Below, one piece after another: positions 20,292 through 29,852 of a stretch of DNA of 64,000 nt. Position 1 is the stretch's first letter, and each line of letters starts with the position of its first letter. Position numbers and translations under genes: made by a program. The stretch is from Candidatus Hadarchaeota archaeon (GTDB lineage Archaea; CAYQAE01; CAYVLA01): the NCBI GenBank assembly GCA_964621445.1, contig CAZUNO010000006.1, positions 22,011 through 86,010 on the forward strand, in the 5' to 3' direction. The notes under the pieces were generated by a model. It was not told the DNA's origin and did no database searches. It saw only the letters and a list, made by a program, of their open reading frames with translations.

Positions 20292-20450
20292 AGCATCTCG
20301 CTACATACTTCCTTTTGCGTCTCATAAACTTATCCTAGAATCGCAGGCTGAGGTGTTACGAGATCTGTCTTCCTTGGTCAATGAACCCCAAATTTATAAG
20401 AAGCGAATACAATTCGATATATAGCGAAGTGAAATATGAGGCATTGAATT

Positions 20451-21026
20451 ATGTCAGATGAATCAGAACCGGATTTGGAGACATTGAAAAAGCAGATCGA
20501 ATCTCTACAAAAATCAGTGGAGATGCTTGAGGAGAAATCTGGGAAAAAGAAGTCCAAGGAGGAGAGCAAGCCCAAGTTGAGGGGAATTGAGGGCCTCTTC
20601 GTCTCCAGAAGCGAGGATGGAAAGAAGATAGTAGTGGACCTTGGCTCCATGGGGGAGTTTGTGGATGAAGTGGTCAATGGTATCCGGGGAGAGATAGAGA
20701 AATCCGTATTCATTGACCGGAACGGCATTGCCATCCGAAATCCCATGGTCAAGCCGGACGCGGAGATAGACGAGGTCGTTTCAGCTGAAGTATTTGCTGC
20801 CCTGGGGAATGAACACAGGGTACGGATACTGAAGGAATTGGAGACCGGTGGAATGTACGCCAATGAACTGGAGGAGGAAATACCGGTATCAGCAAGCACT
20901 CTTTCCAAGCACCTAAAGACCCTCGAGGAACAGGGACTTGTCCATCAGGAGGCCAGCCGGGGGAGGTACCTGATCACCCTGTCGGGAAGAAAGGCCCTCA
21001 TGGCGGCCAAAAAGTTTTCGTCCTAG
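20451..21026 (+). CDS. ArsR-family winged-helix regulator with N-terminal extension
   Basis: FAALGNEHRVRILKEL...STLSKHLKTLEEQGLV...RGRYLITLSG. Confidence 0.88.
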   Translation: MSDESEPDLETLKKQIESLQKSVEMLEEKSGKKKSKEESKPKLRGIEGLFVSRSEDGKKIVVDLGSMGEFVDEVVNGIRGEIEKSVFIDRNGIAIRNPMVKPDAEIDEVVSAEVFAALGNEHRVRILKELETGGMYANELEEEIPVSASTLSKHLKTLEEQGLVHQEASRGRYLITLSGRKALMAAKKFSS

Positions 21027-21061
21027 ACCCGCCCCGCACCTTTTCACAGGGGCAAACCGCT

Positions 21062-22219
21062 TCACTTACTGGGCGGTGGCTCCAGGCGATCCAGGGAGAT
21101 CCTGGCGGCTCCAATGATTGCCAGGATTAGGCCGACAAGAAGTGCGACTGGAATCAAGACCTCTGAAAACCCGAATCTTGGTGAGGATGCCATTCGACCC
21201 AGTATCTTAACCAGATTTAGATTTCCCAGGAATTGCCAGGGTCCGGGGTTTGAAAATCCCACGAACAGGGGAAATACGACCATGATTATCAGCAAGGTCA
21301 GGTACAGGTTGCTCTCCCTTGACGATTTCGATTTGGCAGAAACCAGGAGGGAGGAGGCGATTATGGCCAGAGCGCCCAGATTTAACACCAGGATGATGGG
21401 CAGTTTGTTATAGACCACGATTGATCCCATTACATTGAATTCAAGGAGAAAAATCCAGGCAACGAACTGCACATTTGCCAATAGAAGTATGGGAAGGGTC
21501 TTTCCCATTATTAGTTCAAGCTTTGATACCGGGGATGCCATCAGTATACCAAGGGTCCCCGTTTCCTTCTCACCCACGATGGAGTCCGCCATCATATTGG
21601 CGGATATCAATATGGGGAAGAGCAGTATGAGAGGGACGACCATGAGGTACATGGCCTCGGCAAAATCCGGGGAGTCAATTGGGAGTATCTCACGGCCTAG
21701 CGTGTTAATTTTCAGGGGCATTTCTACCCGATTACCGTAGCCGAGAAGATCAAAACGCTGGCTTGAGATAATAACATTGGCCGACTTGATGGCTGATTGA
21801 AGCCGAGCCTCTGCAACCCCGGAATAGAAGCTTGTCTCGTCCACCATCAGGTCGACCTCAATTTTCCACCTTTCGCTCTGGTTGATGTAGAGACCACCCA
21901 GGATCTCTCCTTGTTCGATCATATTCTGCATCCGGTCTCTGGTTTCCACTTGTTGGAGTAAGACCTGCTTGCTTGACAGGTTTTCCAGGAGAATTCTGGA
22001 CTGATTGGTCAAGTTTCCCGAATAGGCCAGTTCTAGCTTAAGATCAGGAGAGTTGGCTGCCGCCTGCATGGGATTGTTTATGGCGGCGAAGGCAATTCCC
22101 AGTATGATAACCCCCAGCACAATAATCAGCTCCAGAGTAAAGGTGAACCAATAGACCTTCTTGCTCAGCAGGTCCCGTATTTCCTTTGCCGATATCAGGA
22201 TTACGAGCCGGTGATCCAA
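21062..22219 (-). CDS. ABC-2 type transporter permease (NatB-like)
   Basis: KEIRDLL, DSIVGEKETGTLGILMASPVSKLELIMGK, multiple TM helices. Confidence 0.88.
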   Translation of the reverse strand: MDHRLVILISAKEIRDLLSKKVYWFTFTLELIIVLGVIILGIAFAAINNPMQAAANSPDLKLELAYSGNLTNQSRILLENLSSKQVLLQQVETRDRMQNMIEQGEILGGLYINQSERWKIEVDLMVDETSFYSGVAEARLQSAIKSANVIISSQRFDLLGYGNRVEMPLKINTLGREILPIDSPDFAEAMYLMVVPLILLFPILISANMMADSIVGEKETGTLGILMASPVSKLELIMGKTLPILLLANVQFVAWIFLLEFNVMGSIVVYNKLPIILVLNLGALAIIASSLLVSAKSKSSRESNLYLTLLIIMVVFPLFVGFSNPGPWQFLGNLNLVKILGRMASSPRFGFSEVLIPVALLVGLILAIIGAARISLDRLEPPPSK

Positions 22220-24013
22220 CTACATCATCACCCAGAATATGATGATATTGTATGAGAAATGAAGGGCTGAGGCGACCCCGAGGGTCAAAAGCCGGGCCTC
22301 GTCACCTTTCCAGAATCCGTAGGACACCATGGCCGTCAATCCGCAGTGGATAACCGGGGCAATGATGTATCTCAGGACCAAAATCCGCCCGTTAACCATG
22401 CCGGTGCCCACTAGTGCGGCCGTGAACATGCCGTTCTCGACCAGGGCAAATGCTAGACCCGAAAGAAGGCCCATTTGGACGGCCTCGTTCCGGGTTATCT
22501 CGTTCTCGAGGATATAAACCGCATATGGTTTGAAGTATTCCTCAATCAATGCCGCTCCGGCCAGGGCAACAGGAAGCGACCACATTCCCAGGAGTGCGAA
22601 GGAGGGAATCGCGATGATTAGTGGAAGGAAAATTGAGGGCAGACTAGATAATGCGCCAAATCCCAGGGCCAACAGGTTTTTTGATCTGTGGCTTCTCGAG
22701 CGGGCGACGAGGATATCCCGTAGAAGGCTCCTGATGGAAGGTCTGGGGCCGAAAAGGATACCGTCCTTTCCAAACAGACGAATGGATATCCAAAGGGAAA
22801 CCACGGAGAAGATGATGCACGACAATAAGGTGGTGGAGGCGCTTACCGGATCAACGGGTTTGCCTGCCGCAAACCTCACCAGCGGGGTAAAGGGGCTTAT
22901 CCAGGCCAGGGTTCCGGGCAGGACCAGCGGGCCGAATAGGATAACGAATATGAAGACGTAGATTATGGTTATGGCCAGTTGGGCCTCCTTCTCGTTCTTT
23001 GAGATTATGGAGACCAGAGAAGCGGCGGATACTATCGATCCGGCACTAACCACCAGGCAGAATGCAACTGCCGGCATGTTTTTAATTTCCATTATTGCTC
23101 CCAGGACAAGGAGCAGTACCAGGGCCTGGATCGTGGAAACCGCATAGACTGAGGTTACCTTACCGATCACTATCTGTCCCCGGGTTGCCACGGTGCCAAG
23201 TAGTCCCTCGATAGTCCCGAGTTCCCTTTCCCCGGTCAGTGACTGGATTGCCATTCCCGACCCGGAAAGCAGTGGGAAACAGAGGCCAAATGAAAGAAAA
23301 ACCATCTTCAGGAAATCCGGTGTTCCACCAACTCCCGGGGATGGTTTATCATCTTTATTTCCAGTTTTCCCAGTACTATCGCCGGAGCCATTACCCTCGT
23401 TTTCCTTCTTCTGTTCCCGGGCGGGAACTATGTTCAGCTCAAGGGGTTCCAGAAAGGAATGCGCCCTCTCCTCAATCATGTCCTCCAGCTCTTCATCGGT
23501 GAGGGATTGAGGATCCTGAATACTGGATGATACGATGTCTCTGGCCGCCGATATCCTTGAACTTCTCTCCTGCCTGTTCTTTGCAACATCGATCATCTCC
23601 CGGGCCGAAGCCGATCTTGGGTCTTTCGAGTTAATGATAACCTCAATACTTTGGGTTTGGTTATCCGGAATCCCCACCATAGCGCAGAACTTACCTGACC
23701 TCAAGCCCAGGTTGGCTTCACGCCTGGAAACGACGTGCTCGACATCCAGCCTGTCTATTTTTGAAAGCGTTCTCTCAAATTCGGAGCCTCGCACGCCCCA
23801 GACGGCAATGGGGGAAAATCCGAGGGCTCTATCGGAAAGCACGTCCTGTCCACCTCCGAGTTCCGTGGCGTAGTTGGCCAGAAGAGGCACTAGTAGGGAG
23901 ACCAGGATTATCTGAAGGATTAGGCCCATGACGAATCTGGAGTCGTCCGCAACCCGGGCGAGTTCAAACCTCAGAATCTCCAGAAGAGGTCTACCTGTCA
24001 ACTTGCTGATCAC
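22220..24013 (-). CDS. ABC-2 permease fused to C-terminal PrsW-family intramembrane protease
   Basis: GERELGTIEGLL...IVIGK permease motif; C-terminal IEEYFKP, GLAFALVEN, IHCGLT and LHFSYN are PrsW motifs. Confidence 0.85.
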   Translation of the reverse strand: MISKLTGRPLLEILRFELARVADDSRFVMGLILQIILVSLLVPLLANYATELGGGQDVLSDRALGFSPIAVWGVRGSEFERTLSKIDRLDVEHVVSRREANLGLRSGKFCAMVGIPDNQTQSIEVIINSKDPRSASAREMIDVAKNRQERSSRISAARDIVSSSIQDPQSLTDEELEDMIEERAHSFLEPLELNIVPAREQKKENEGNGSGDSTGKTGNKDDKPSPGVGGTPDFLKMVFLSFGLCFPLLSGSGMAIQSLTGERELGTIEGLLGTVATRGQIVIGKVTSVYAVSTIQALVLLLVLGAIMEIKNMPAVAFCLVVSAGSIVSAASLVSIISKNEKEAQLAITIIYVFIFVILFGPLVLPGTLAWISPFTPLVRFAAGKPVDPVSASTTLLSCIIFSVVSLWISIRLFGKDGILFGPRPSIRSLLRDILVARSRSHRSKNLLALGFGALSSLPSIFLPLIIAIPSFALLGMWSLPVALAGAALIEEYFKPYAVYILENEITRNEAVQMGLLSGLAFALVENGMFTAALVGTGMVNGRILVLRYIIAPVIHCGLTAMVSYGFWKGDEARLLTLGVASALHFSYNIIIFWVMM

Positions 24014-24899
24014 CCTGGGTAAGGCGGATGAAGCTGTCCTTTAACGTGGGCCGGACCTCCCTCAAGTTGGTGATTTCATTTTCCTTGAGGGCCCGGAAAG
24101 CTTCCTCCAGAGTGGCCTGACCTATAATTCCTCGGGGAGTAACCCGGTAACCATCAAATATTGACAGCTGGCTTGCCCTGAATTGGGTGTTTCTTACCTC
24201 TACCTCGACCAGCCCGGTTTCACCTGCCCCTAATTCCTTTACCTCCTCCACCGGCCCCAAGGCTAGTATATTTCCCTGGTCGATGATGGCTACCCGATCG
24301 CAGAGAAGTTCCGCTTCCTCCATGTAGTGGGTGCAGATCATGATCGTTCTCTGGAGTTCTCGTTGATCGGAGATGAACTTCCTCACCCGATCGGCCGTTG
24401 CTGGATCCAATCCCATTGTAGGTTCGTCCAGCAAAAGGAAATCCGGTCTATGTATCAAGGCACGGGCTATGGCGAGTCGCTGTCTCATTCCTTTTGAAAA
24501 GGCCTCTACACGGTCGTTGGCCCGATCCTGTAGCCCGACCAGTTTCAGGGTTTCATCAACCCGCTCCTCGACACCGTCTCTCACCCCATATATCCTAAGA
24601 AAGTACTTCAAGAGATCCCGCGCTCTGGGGCGGCTGTATAGGCTGGGCTCTTCAGGGAGATATCCGGTTCTTTGCTTGATTTGCTTTGAGTGGATCCTGA
24701 TATCGAGGTTGAATATCTCTGCCTGGCCACCAAATCTAGTCAGAATTCCGGCCGCTATCCTCATCAGGGTTGATTTGCCGGCTCCATTGGGCCCGATTAG
24801 CCCGAAGCACTCACCGGCCTTTACGTCAAGGTTTACCTCATCTAGGGCCACGAAATCCCCGTATCGCTTGGAGATTCCTCTGAAATCTAGAACGCTCAC
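23991..24899 (-). CDS. ABC transporter ATP-binding protein
   Basis: Walker A GPNGAGKST, signature FSKGMRQR, Walker B LLLDEPT, THYMEEAE. Confidence 0.96.
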   Translation of the reverse strand: MSVLDFRGISKRYGDFVALDEVNLDVKAGECFGLIGPNGAGKSTLMRIAAGILTRFGGQAEIFNLDIRIHSKQIKQRTGYLPEEPSLYSRPRARDLLKYFLRIYGVRDGVEERVDETLKLVGLQDRANDRVEAFSKGMRQRLAIARALIHRPDFLLLDEPTMGLDPATADRVRKFISDQRELQRTIMICTHYMEEAELLCDRVAIIDQGNILALGPVEEVKELGAGETGLVEVEVRNTQFRASQLSIFDGYRVTPRGIIGQATLEEAFRALKENEITNLREVRPTLKDSFIRLTQGDQQVDR

Positions 24900-24978
24900 G
24901 GAGGGTTTTTGTCATCCAATTCTAAATTGGTTTTTACCCTCAATTCACATTTCTTGTAGATTTCCGAATTAAGGGGGT

Positions 24979-26058
24979 TTAGGAGTCCCTTTTCCCGATC
25001 TCGTATAAATGAACTACTTCCTGACATCCCAGAACCCTGCTTTTCCTGGATATGGTCCAGTCCTCGGTTATGGTTAGTTTCTCCCGGTCGATTTGGTTAC
25101 TCAGCCTGGTAATGGATCCGTCGCCGGTAATCTCGGATATATTCGAGTAAAGAAGGTAGAGTCGTCCACCAGCTTTCATATATCGAGGTGCCTGGGCCAG
25201 AAACCTGAGCAATGTCCTCTGCTCGGGATCATATATACCAACATCGTAGGGCGTTTCCGGACAACCAATTATCCAGGGAGGATTGAACACGATAACATCG
25301 AAGTCCCGTTGCTCGACTGGAAGAAATAGATCCCCGGGACCCTTCACATTGATCTTCTCACGCATTCCCAATATTCGTGCGTTTTCCCTGGCGTTCTCCA
25401 CTGAGTTCCTGGAGAGGTCGGTGGCGACCACGTTTCTTGCCCCCTTTCTTGCCGCCACCAGCGCCAGCACCCCGGTTCCCGTGCCCATATCCAGGACTCT
25501 ATCTCCGGGCTCTATCCTCATCCTCCTCTGGACAAGGTCAATAATGCTCTGGTCAAAGGGCACATATACATGGGGTTTTATGGTGATCCTGGCCCCAAGA
25601 GCGTTGATGTAGATGCCCTCCCTGGATCGCCTGATATCGGTTAGAATCCTTTGAAAGCGCCTGAGGGGGACAAGGTATTTGCGTCCCTCTTCCATTTCCC
25701 AGGAAGTCCAGTCCCCCAGGTTCCGTATTCCCGGTGGGTTGGTGATGTCCGATAGTCCCTCGGTGGTAACCGGTACCATCAACCTGTGGACGATGTTCAT
25801 TATCTCCCTGTTCTGTTTGGGTTTTGGGAGCAGGCCATCACGGTATCTCATCACATACCATATGACGACCCTGACATCTGCATAATCACCGTATAGTACA
25901 ACAACCGAGCCGGCCTTGAGGTGCTGGAACACCCGGTCAGCTCTGGAACTGTTAGCTTCAAGGAGATGTATCCTTGACCCGTCCTTCAAAACCGGTTCCA
26001 GATGGGCGGGTATGCTTACGGTACCCAGTTTTCCAAGCTCAATTTTCTTCTCCTTCAT
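24979..26058 (-). CDS. Class I SAM-dependent N-methyltransferase (HemK/PrmC/RsmC-like) with N-terminal extension
   Basis: VLDMGTGTG, GDLF, FDVIVFNPPW. Confidence 0.85.
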   Translation of the reverse strand: MKEKKIELGKLGTVSIPAHLEPVLKDGSRIHLLEANSSRADRVFQHLKAGSVVVLYGDYADVRVVIWYVMRYRDGLLPKPKQNREIMNIVHRLMVPVTTEGLSDITNPPGIRNLGDWTSWEMEEGRKYLVPLRRFQRILTDIRRSREGIYINALGARITIKPHVYVPFDQSIIDLVQRRMRIEPGDRVLDMGTGTGVLALVAARKGARNVVATDLSRNSVENARENARILGMREKINVKGPGDLFLPVEQRDFDVIVFNPPWIIGCPETPYDVGIYDPEQRTLLRFLAQAPRYMKAGGRLYLLYSNISEITGDGSITRLSNQIDREKLTITEDWTISRKSRVLGCQEVVHLYEIGKRDS

Positions 26059-26096
26059 TTCTGATCATCGTGAGGAGGGACATACCAAATTGGTCA

Positions 26097-27161
26097 TCAT
26101 AGTCTATAAGCCCGGGTCTCATTCACCATCGCCAGGTAGTTTTTGACCGGCACATAGTTGGCAACCGAATTCCCGGACCCCACGGCAAATCCTTTGCCAC
26201 CGCAAGCATCTATAACGCTTCTGACGTAACGCCTGATGTATTCCTCCGAGCGCCTTGCGAGGACGTCCATATCTATACCTCCCAGGAGGGCTATATCGTC
26301 TCCCCACAGCTCCTTGGCTTCTGTTATCGGCGTGTGGGAGTCCTTGAAGGAATGTTTTGCATCATATCCGCAGTAATCGATTATCTCATCCATGACCTGG
26401 TGTAGGTTACCACAGGAGTGAAGTATAGCTGGTTTACCCTGGGAATGGACCGCCCTGACCATCTTCCTGTGCCACGGCAATATGAATTCCTTCAGATGTT
26501 TAGGTGAAAGGAGCGTCCCGCTCTGATAACCGAAGTCGTCGCAACAGTTCACGGCACCCACCTCGTCCACCCCGGCTGCCGCCCTGGCAGCAGCGACCAC
26601 TGGTTCCCCTAACTTGGCACAAACGTCCCTCACCAAACCTGGATTTCGGTATAGATTACGACTAAGCGCCTTGACACCCATTATCCTCTCCGCGAGGGGC
26701 TCTTGCAGCCCCACCGTGGAGGCGATGATTTTCATCCCCTCGGGGAGGAACTTGGACATGGAGCTGATCCTTTCCAGCTCGGGGGAACCGGGGTCCGCCC
26801 ACCCAAAGTTCTCGTAGTCCTCCCTGGTCTTAACGACTCCATCCATTGGTGCCCAGCTTCTATACTCCCTGGGAAGGCCTGCCGTGTCGGCGGCCTTCCT
26901 GCCGGGCATACCGCTTCCCTCCTGATGACAGCGGACGCCGGCCGGGACGTAGTCATAACCGAGATTCTTGTAGAAGCGAGCCGTCCTCTCGCTCTGCTTA
27001 TCGATGAGATCCCGGTCATCGTTCTCCGGTATCTCTCCCTCTACGGACTCCACAATTAGTTCATCGATCCCGATTTCGAAAAGGGGGACCCGGCCGGTGT
27101 AGCTCCGGTTGCGAATTGCTCTCAGTAGATGTTCAAATGCCGGTGGTGGGGGACAGGACAT
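26097..27161 (-). CDS. Uroporphyrinogen decarboxylase / MtaA-CmuA family protein
   Basis: DDFGYQSGTLLSP, ILHSCGN, LLGGIDMD, GSGNSV. Confidence 0.88.
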   Translation of the reverse strand: MSCPPPPAFEHLLRAIRNRSYTGRVPLFEIGIDELIVESVEGEIPENDDRDLIDKQSERTARFYKNLGYDYVPAGVRCHQEGSGMPGRKAADTAGLPREYRSWAPMDGVVKTREDYENFGWADPGSPELERISSMSKFLPEGMKIIASTVGLQEPLAERIMGVKALSRNLYRNPGLVRDVCAKLGEPVVAAARAAAGVDEVGAVNCCDDFGYQSGTLLSPKHLKEFILPWHRKMVRAVHSQGKPAILHSCGNLHQVMDEIIDYCGYDAKHSFKDSHTPITEAKELWGDDIALLGGIDMDVLARRSEEYIRRYVRSVIDACGGKGFAVGSGNSVANYVPVKNYLAMVNETRAYRL

Positions 27162-27164
27162 GGT

Positions 27165-29813
27165 CTAACTCCTGCTTATGACTATCACGGCTTTAGGTAC
27201 CTGGAGAGTTTCCACGGTTGCCCCATGGGAGACCCATCTTGATTCAATCTCGATATCCTCCTTGGTTATGGCTCCCTCGCTCCCGTCTGGAAGTTCTATT
27301 ATCCATTCCCCATTCTCCTCCAGCTGATCCAGAATCTCCTTTGGTTCCCGGTTTTCTATCTGTTCGATGACGTATCCGGTGTTCGACCTGAATCTTGGTC
27401 CAATTCTGGAATGGACCGGTCTAATATCCTGGGGCTCCTGGTGTAGGGTGGGGTCCTCCTCCACGATAACCAGTTCCTCGGCCCCAGCTGCGGCCTTGAT
27501 ATCTTCAGACGCCTCTTCCGCACCCTGGATCTCGGCAATTATCTCCACGGATTTAAGGGGAGAGTTCAATGAAAGGCCATTATCGGATTTCCAGGAGCGT
27601 ATCTCGGAGGCGACATCCTTGGCGAATTCGCCGACCTCCCTGGCCTCGGGAAACCTCCATTCGGCCTCTGGGAAATGGGCAAGGTGTATGCTGTCCTGGT
27701 CTTCCCGTTCCCTGTAGAGCTTTTGATAGACCTCTTCCGTGATGTGGGGGAACATAGGGGCCAAAAGCTTGGTAGTTGCCAGCCCGACATTTCTGAGGGT
27801 GATAAAGACCCCTGGATTCTCTCCCGAGTAAACCCGTGATTTGACGAGCTCGATATAATGATCCGCGAATTCGTGCCAGACGAAGTCCTGGACCTTCCTT
27901 AGAACCGGGGCGAAATCAAATCGATCATAATCTGCCTTGACATCTTCAACCAATGATGTCAGGCGGTCCAGAATCCATCTGTCCAGGACCGATTGGGGCT
28001 CCTCCACCTCGCTTTCGCCCTGCCGGTTCTCAAGGGCGAGCCGCGTGAACTGTTGAATATTCCAGAATTTCTCCATAAATCTTCTGCCCCTGACCAGGTC
28101 CTGGGGCCTGAAGTTGTTGTCCTGTCCCAGTGCGCATAGCGCGGCCAGGTAGCGCATGACATCCGCACCATAGTTCTCCAGGGTCTCCAGAGGGTCTATG
28201 ACATTTCCCAGGGAGGCGTGCATGGGAGTTCCGTCCGGCGAGAGAATGAAACCATCTATCATGACCTCCTTCCAGGGCTTGGAATCAAAGAGCAGGTGGG
28301 AGCGAAGCAGGGAGTAATATGCCCAGGTTCTTATTATGTCATGGGCCTGGGGGCGCAACCCCGTGGGGAAATAGTGTTTGAACTTATTTTCATCACGTTT
28401 CCAGAAGGATATATAGGCTGGGGAGATCGAACTGTCCATCCAGGTATCAAAAACGTCCTCACATCCCTTCAGCTGACCCCCGCATTCGGGACATTCATCA
28501 ACCGGAGGATCGTCTTTGGTGGGGTCCACATAGCATTGCTCCTCCTCAGCGATCACCACCTCGCCGCACTCGCATTCCCATAGGGGGATTGGGGTCCCGA
28601 AGTACCTCTGCCTGGATATCACCCAGTCCCATTCGAGGGAATTGACCCAGTCCTCGAGACGTTGCCTCATGTGCTCCGGGTGCCAGTTCAGTTCCCGGGC
28701 ATGTTCCAGAACGCAATCAGCGAATTCAGTTGATTTCAGGAACCACTGGGGTTTTCGGAGGTATTCCACCGTGGTCTTACACCTCCAGCAGGAGCCAACC
28801 GATTGTATGGTCGGAGCCTGGCCACGTAGGAGGTTTGCTTCCTTCAGATCCTGGATGATGGCCTCTCTCGCTTCCTTGGCCTTCATTCCCCGGTACTTTC
28901 CGGCCTTTTGGGTCATCCTTCCCTCCTCATCAATGGCCATCTCGAATTCCAGGTCGTGCTTTAGTATCCACTGGAGATCCTCCTTATCACCTATGGAGCA
29001 TATCATCACTATCCCGGTTCCCTTCTCGGGGTCAACGGCGGCGTCGGCCACCACCGGAACCTCTCTCTCGTAGAGGGGGGTGATCATGTGCTTACCGGCA
29101 AGTTCTGAGGTCCTTTCATCCGATGGATGTAAGGCAACCATCTGGCAAGTACAGAGCAGCTCCGGTCGGGTGGTGGCGATGATGATCTCTTCCCCGGTTT
29201 CGGAGATCCGAAATACCAGATTATTGAATTTGCTCTCCCTATCTTTGTACTCGACCTCGGCGTCGGCAAGTGCGGTTAGACACCTGGGACACCAGTTGAC
29301 TGGGAAGGTGCCCTTGTAGACCAATCCACGTCTATACATCTCGATGAAGCTGAGCTGGGTAATTCTACGATAGTAGGGCGCATCGGTCTGGTAATAGACC
29401 GAGCGGTCCATGGAGAAACCTAGAATCTCGAATTCTCGGGTCATGTCCTCGATATTTCGATCCGCAAACTCCCTGCACATCTCGATAAATTCGTGTCGGT
29501 CGAGGTCAAGACGTGTTACTCCCAGCTTTCTCTCCACTCTCTCCTCTATGGGAATTCCATTGGTGTCGAAGCACAGGGGAAACATGACGTTGTACCCGCG
29601 CATTCTCTTATACCGGGCCGCCATGTCAATATGGGTATAGTGAACGGCGTGTCCAACGTGAAGGCCGCCCGAGGCGTATCTCGGGGGATTATCAATGAGG
29701 TAGGAGCGATCAGCGGCAGCTTGGCTTTGGTCAAACTCGTATACTCCCTTCTCCCGCCACCATTCCTGCCACTTGGGCTCGACCTCTCGCCAATCGTAAC
29801 CTGCCATCATCAA
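27165..29813 (-). CDS. valS: Valine--tRNA ligase (archaeal type)
   Basis: DNPPRYASGGLHVGH (HIGH), WCPRCLTALADAEVEY, IATTRPELL, DWVISRQRYFG, DTWMDSS, RPQAHDIIRTW. Confidence 0.96.
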   Translation of the reverse strand: MMMAGYDWREVEPKWQEWWREKGVYEFDQSQAAADRSYLIDNPPRYASGGLHVGHAVHYTHIDMAARYKRMRGYNVMFPLCFDTNGIPIEERVERKLGVTRLDLDRHEFIEMCREFADRNIEDMTREFEILGFSMDRSVYYQTDAPYYRRITQLSFIEMYRRGLVYKGTFPVNWCPRCLTALADAEVEYKDRESKFNNLVFRISETGEEIIIATTRPELLCTCQMVALHPSDERTSELAGKHMITPLYEREVPVVADAAVDPEKGTGIVMICSIGDKEDLQWILKHDLEFEMAIDEEGRMTQKAGKYRGMKAKEAREAIIQDLKEANLLRGQAPTIQSVGSCWRCKTTVEYLRKPQWFLKSTEFADCVLEHARELNWHPEHMRQRLEDWVNSLEWDWVISRQRYFGTPIPLWECECGEVVIAEEEQCYVDPTKDDPPVDECPECGGQLKGCEDVFDTWMDSSISPAYISFWKRDENKFKHYFPTGLRPQAHDIIRTWAYYSLLRSHLLFDSKPWKEVMIDGFILSPDGTPMHASLGNVIDPLETLENYGADVMRYLAALCALGQDNNFRPQDLVRGRRFMEKFWNIQQFTRLALENRQGESEVEEPQSVLDRWILDRLTSLVEDVKADYDRFDFAPVLRKVQDFVWHEFADHYIELVKSRVYSGENPGVFITLRNVGLATTKLLAPMFPHITEEVYQKLYREREDQDSIHLAHFPEAEWRFPEAREVGEFAKDVASEIRSWKSDNGLSLNSPLKSVEIIAEIQGAEEASEDIKAAAGAEELVIVEEDPTLHQEPQDIRPVHSRIGPRFRSNTGYVIEQIENREPKEILDQLEENGEWIIELPDGSEGAITKEDIEIESRWVSHGATVETLQVPKAVIVISRS

Positions 29814-29852
29814 ACCTCTGGTAGGCTTTTTTCTTCACAGTCAACGGGTTTC

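Noticed and set aside
21031-21053. GCCCC...GGGGC hairpin between convergent genes
   Set aside because: A 5-bp stem is too weak to call a terminator.
24373-24972. Long antisense ORFs (also 31779-32264, 34787-35401, 58945-59685)
   Set aside because: They are shadows of well-supported genes on the opposite strand, with no protein motifs.
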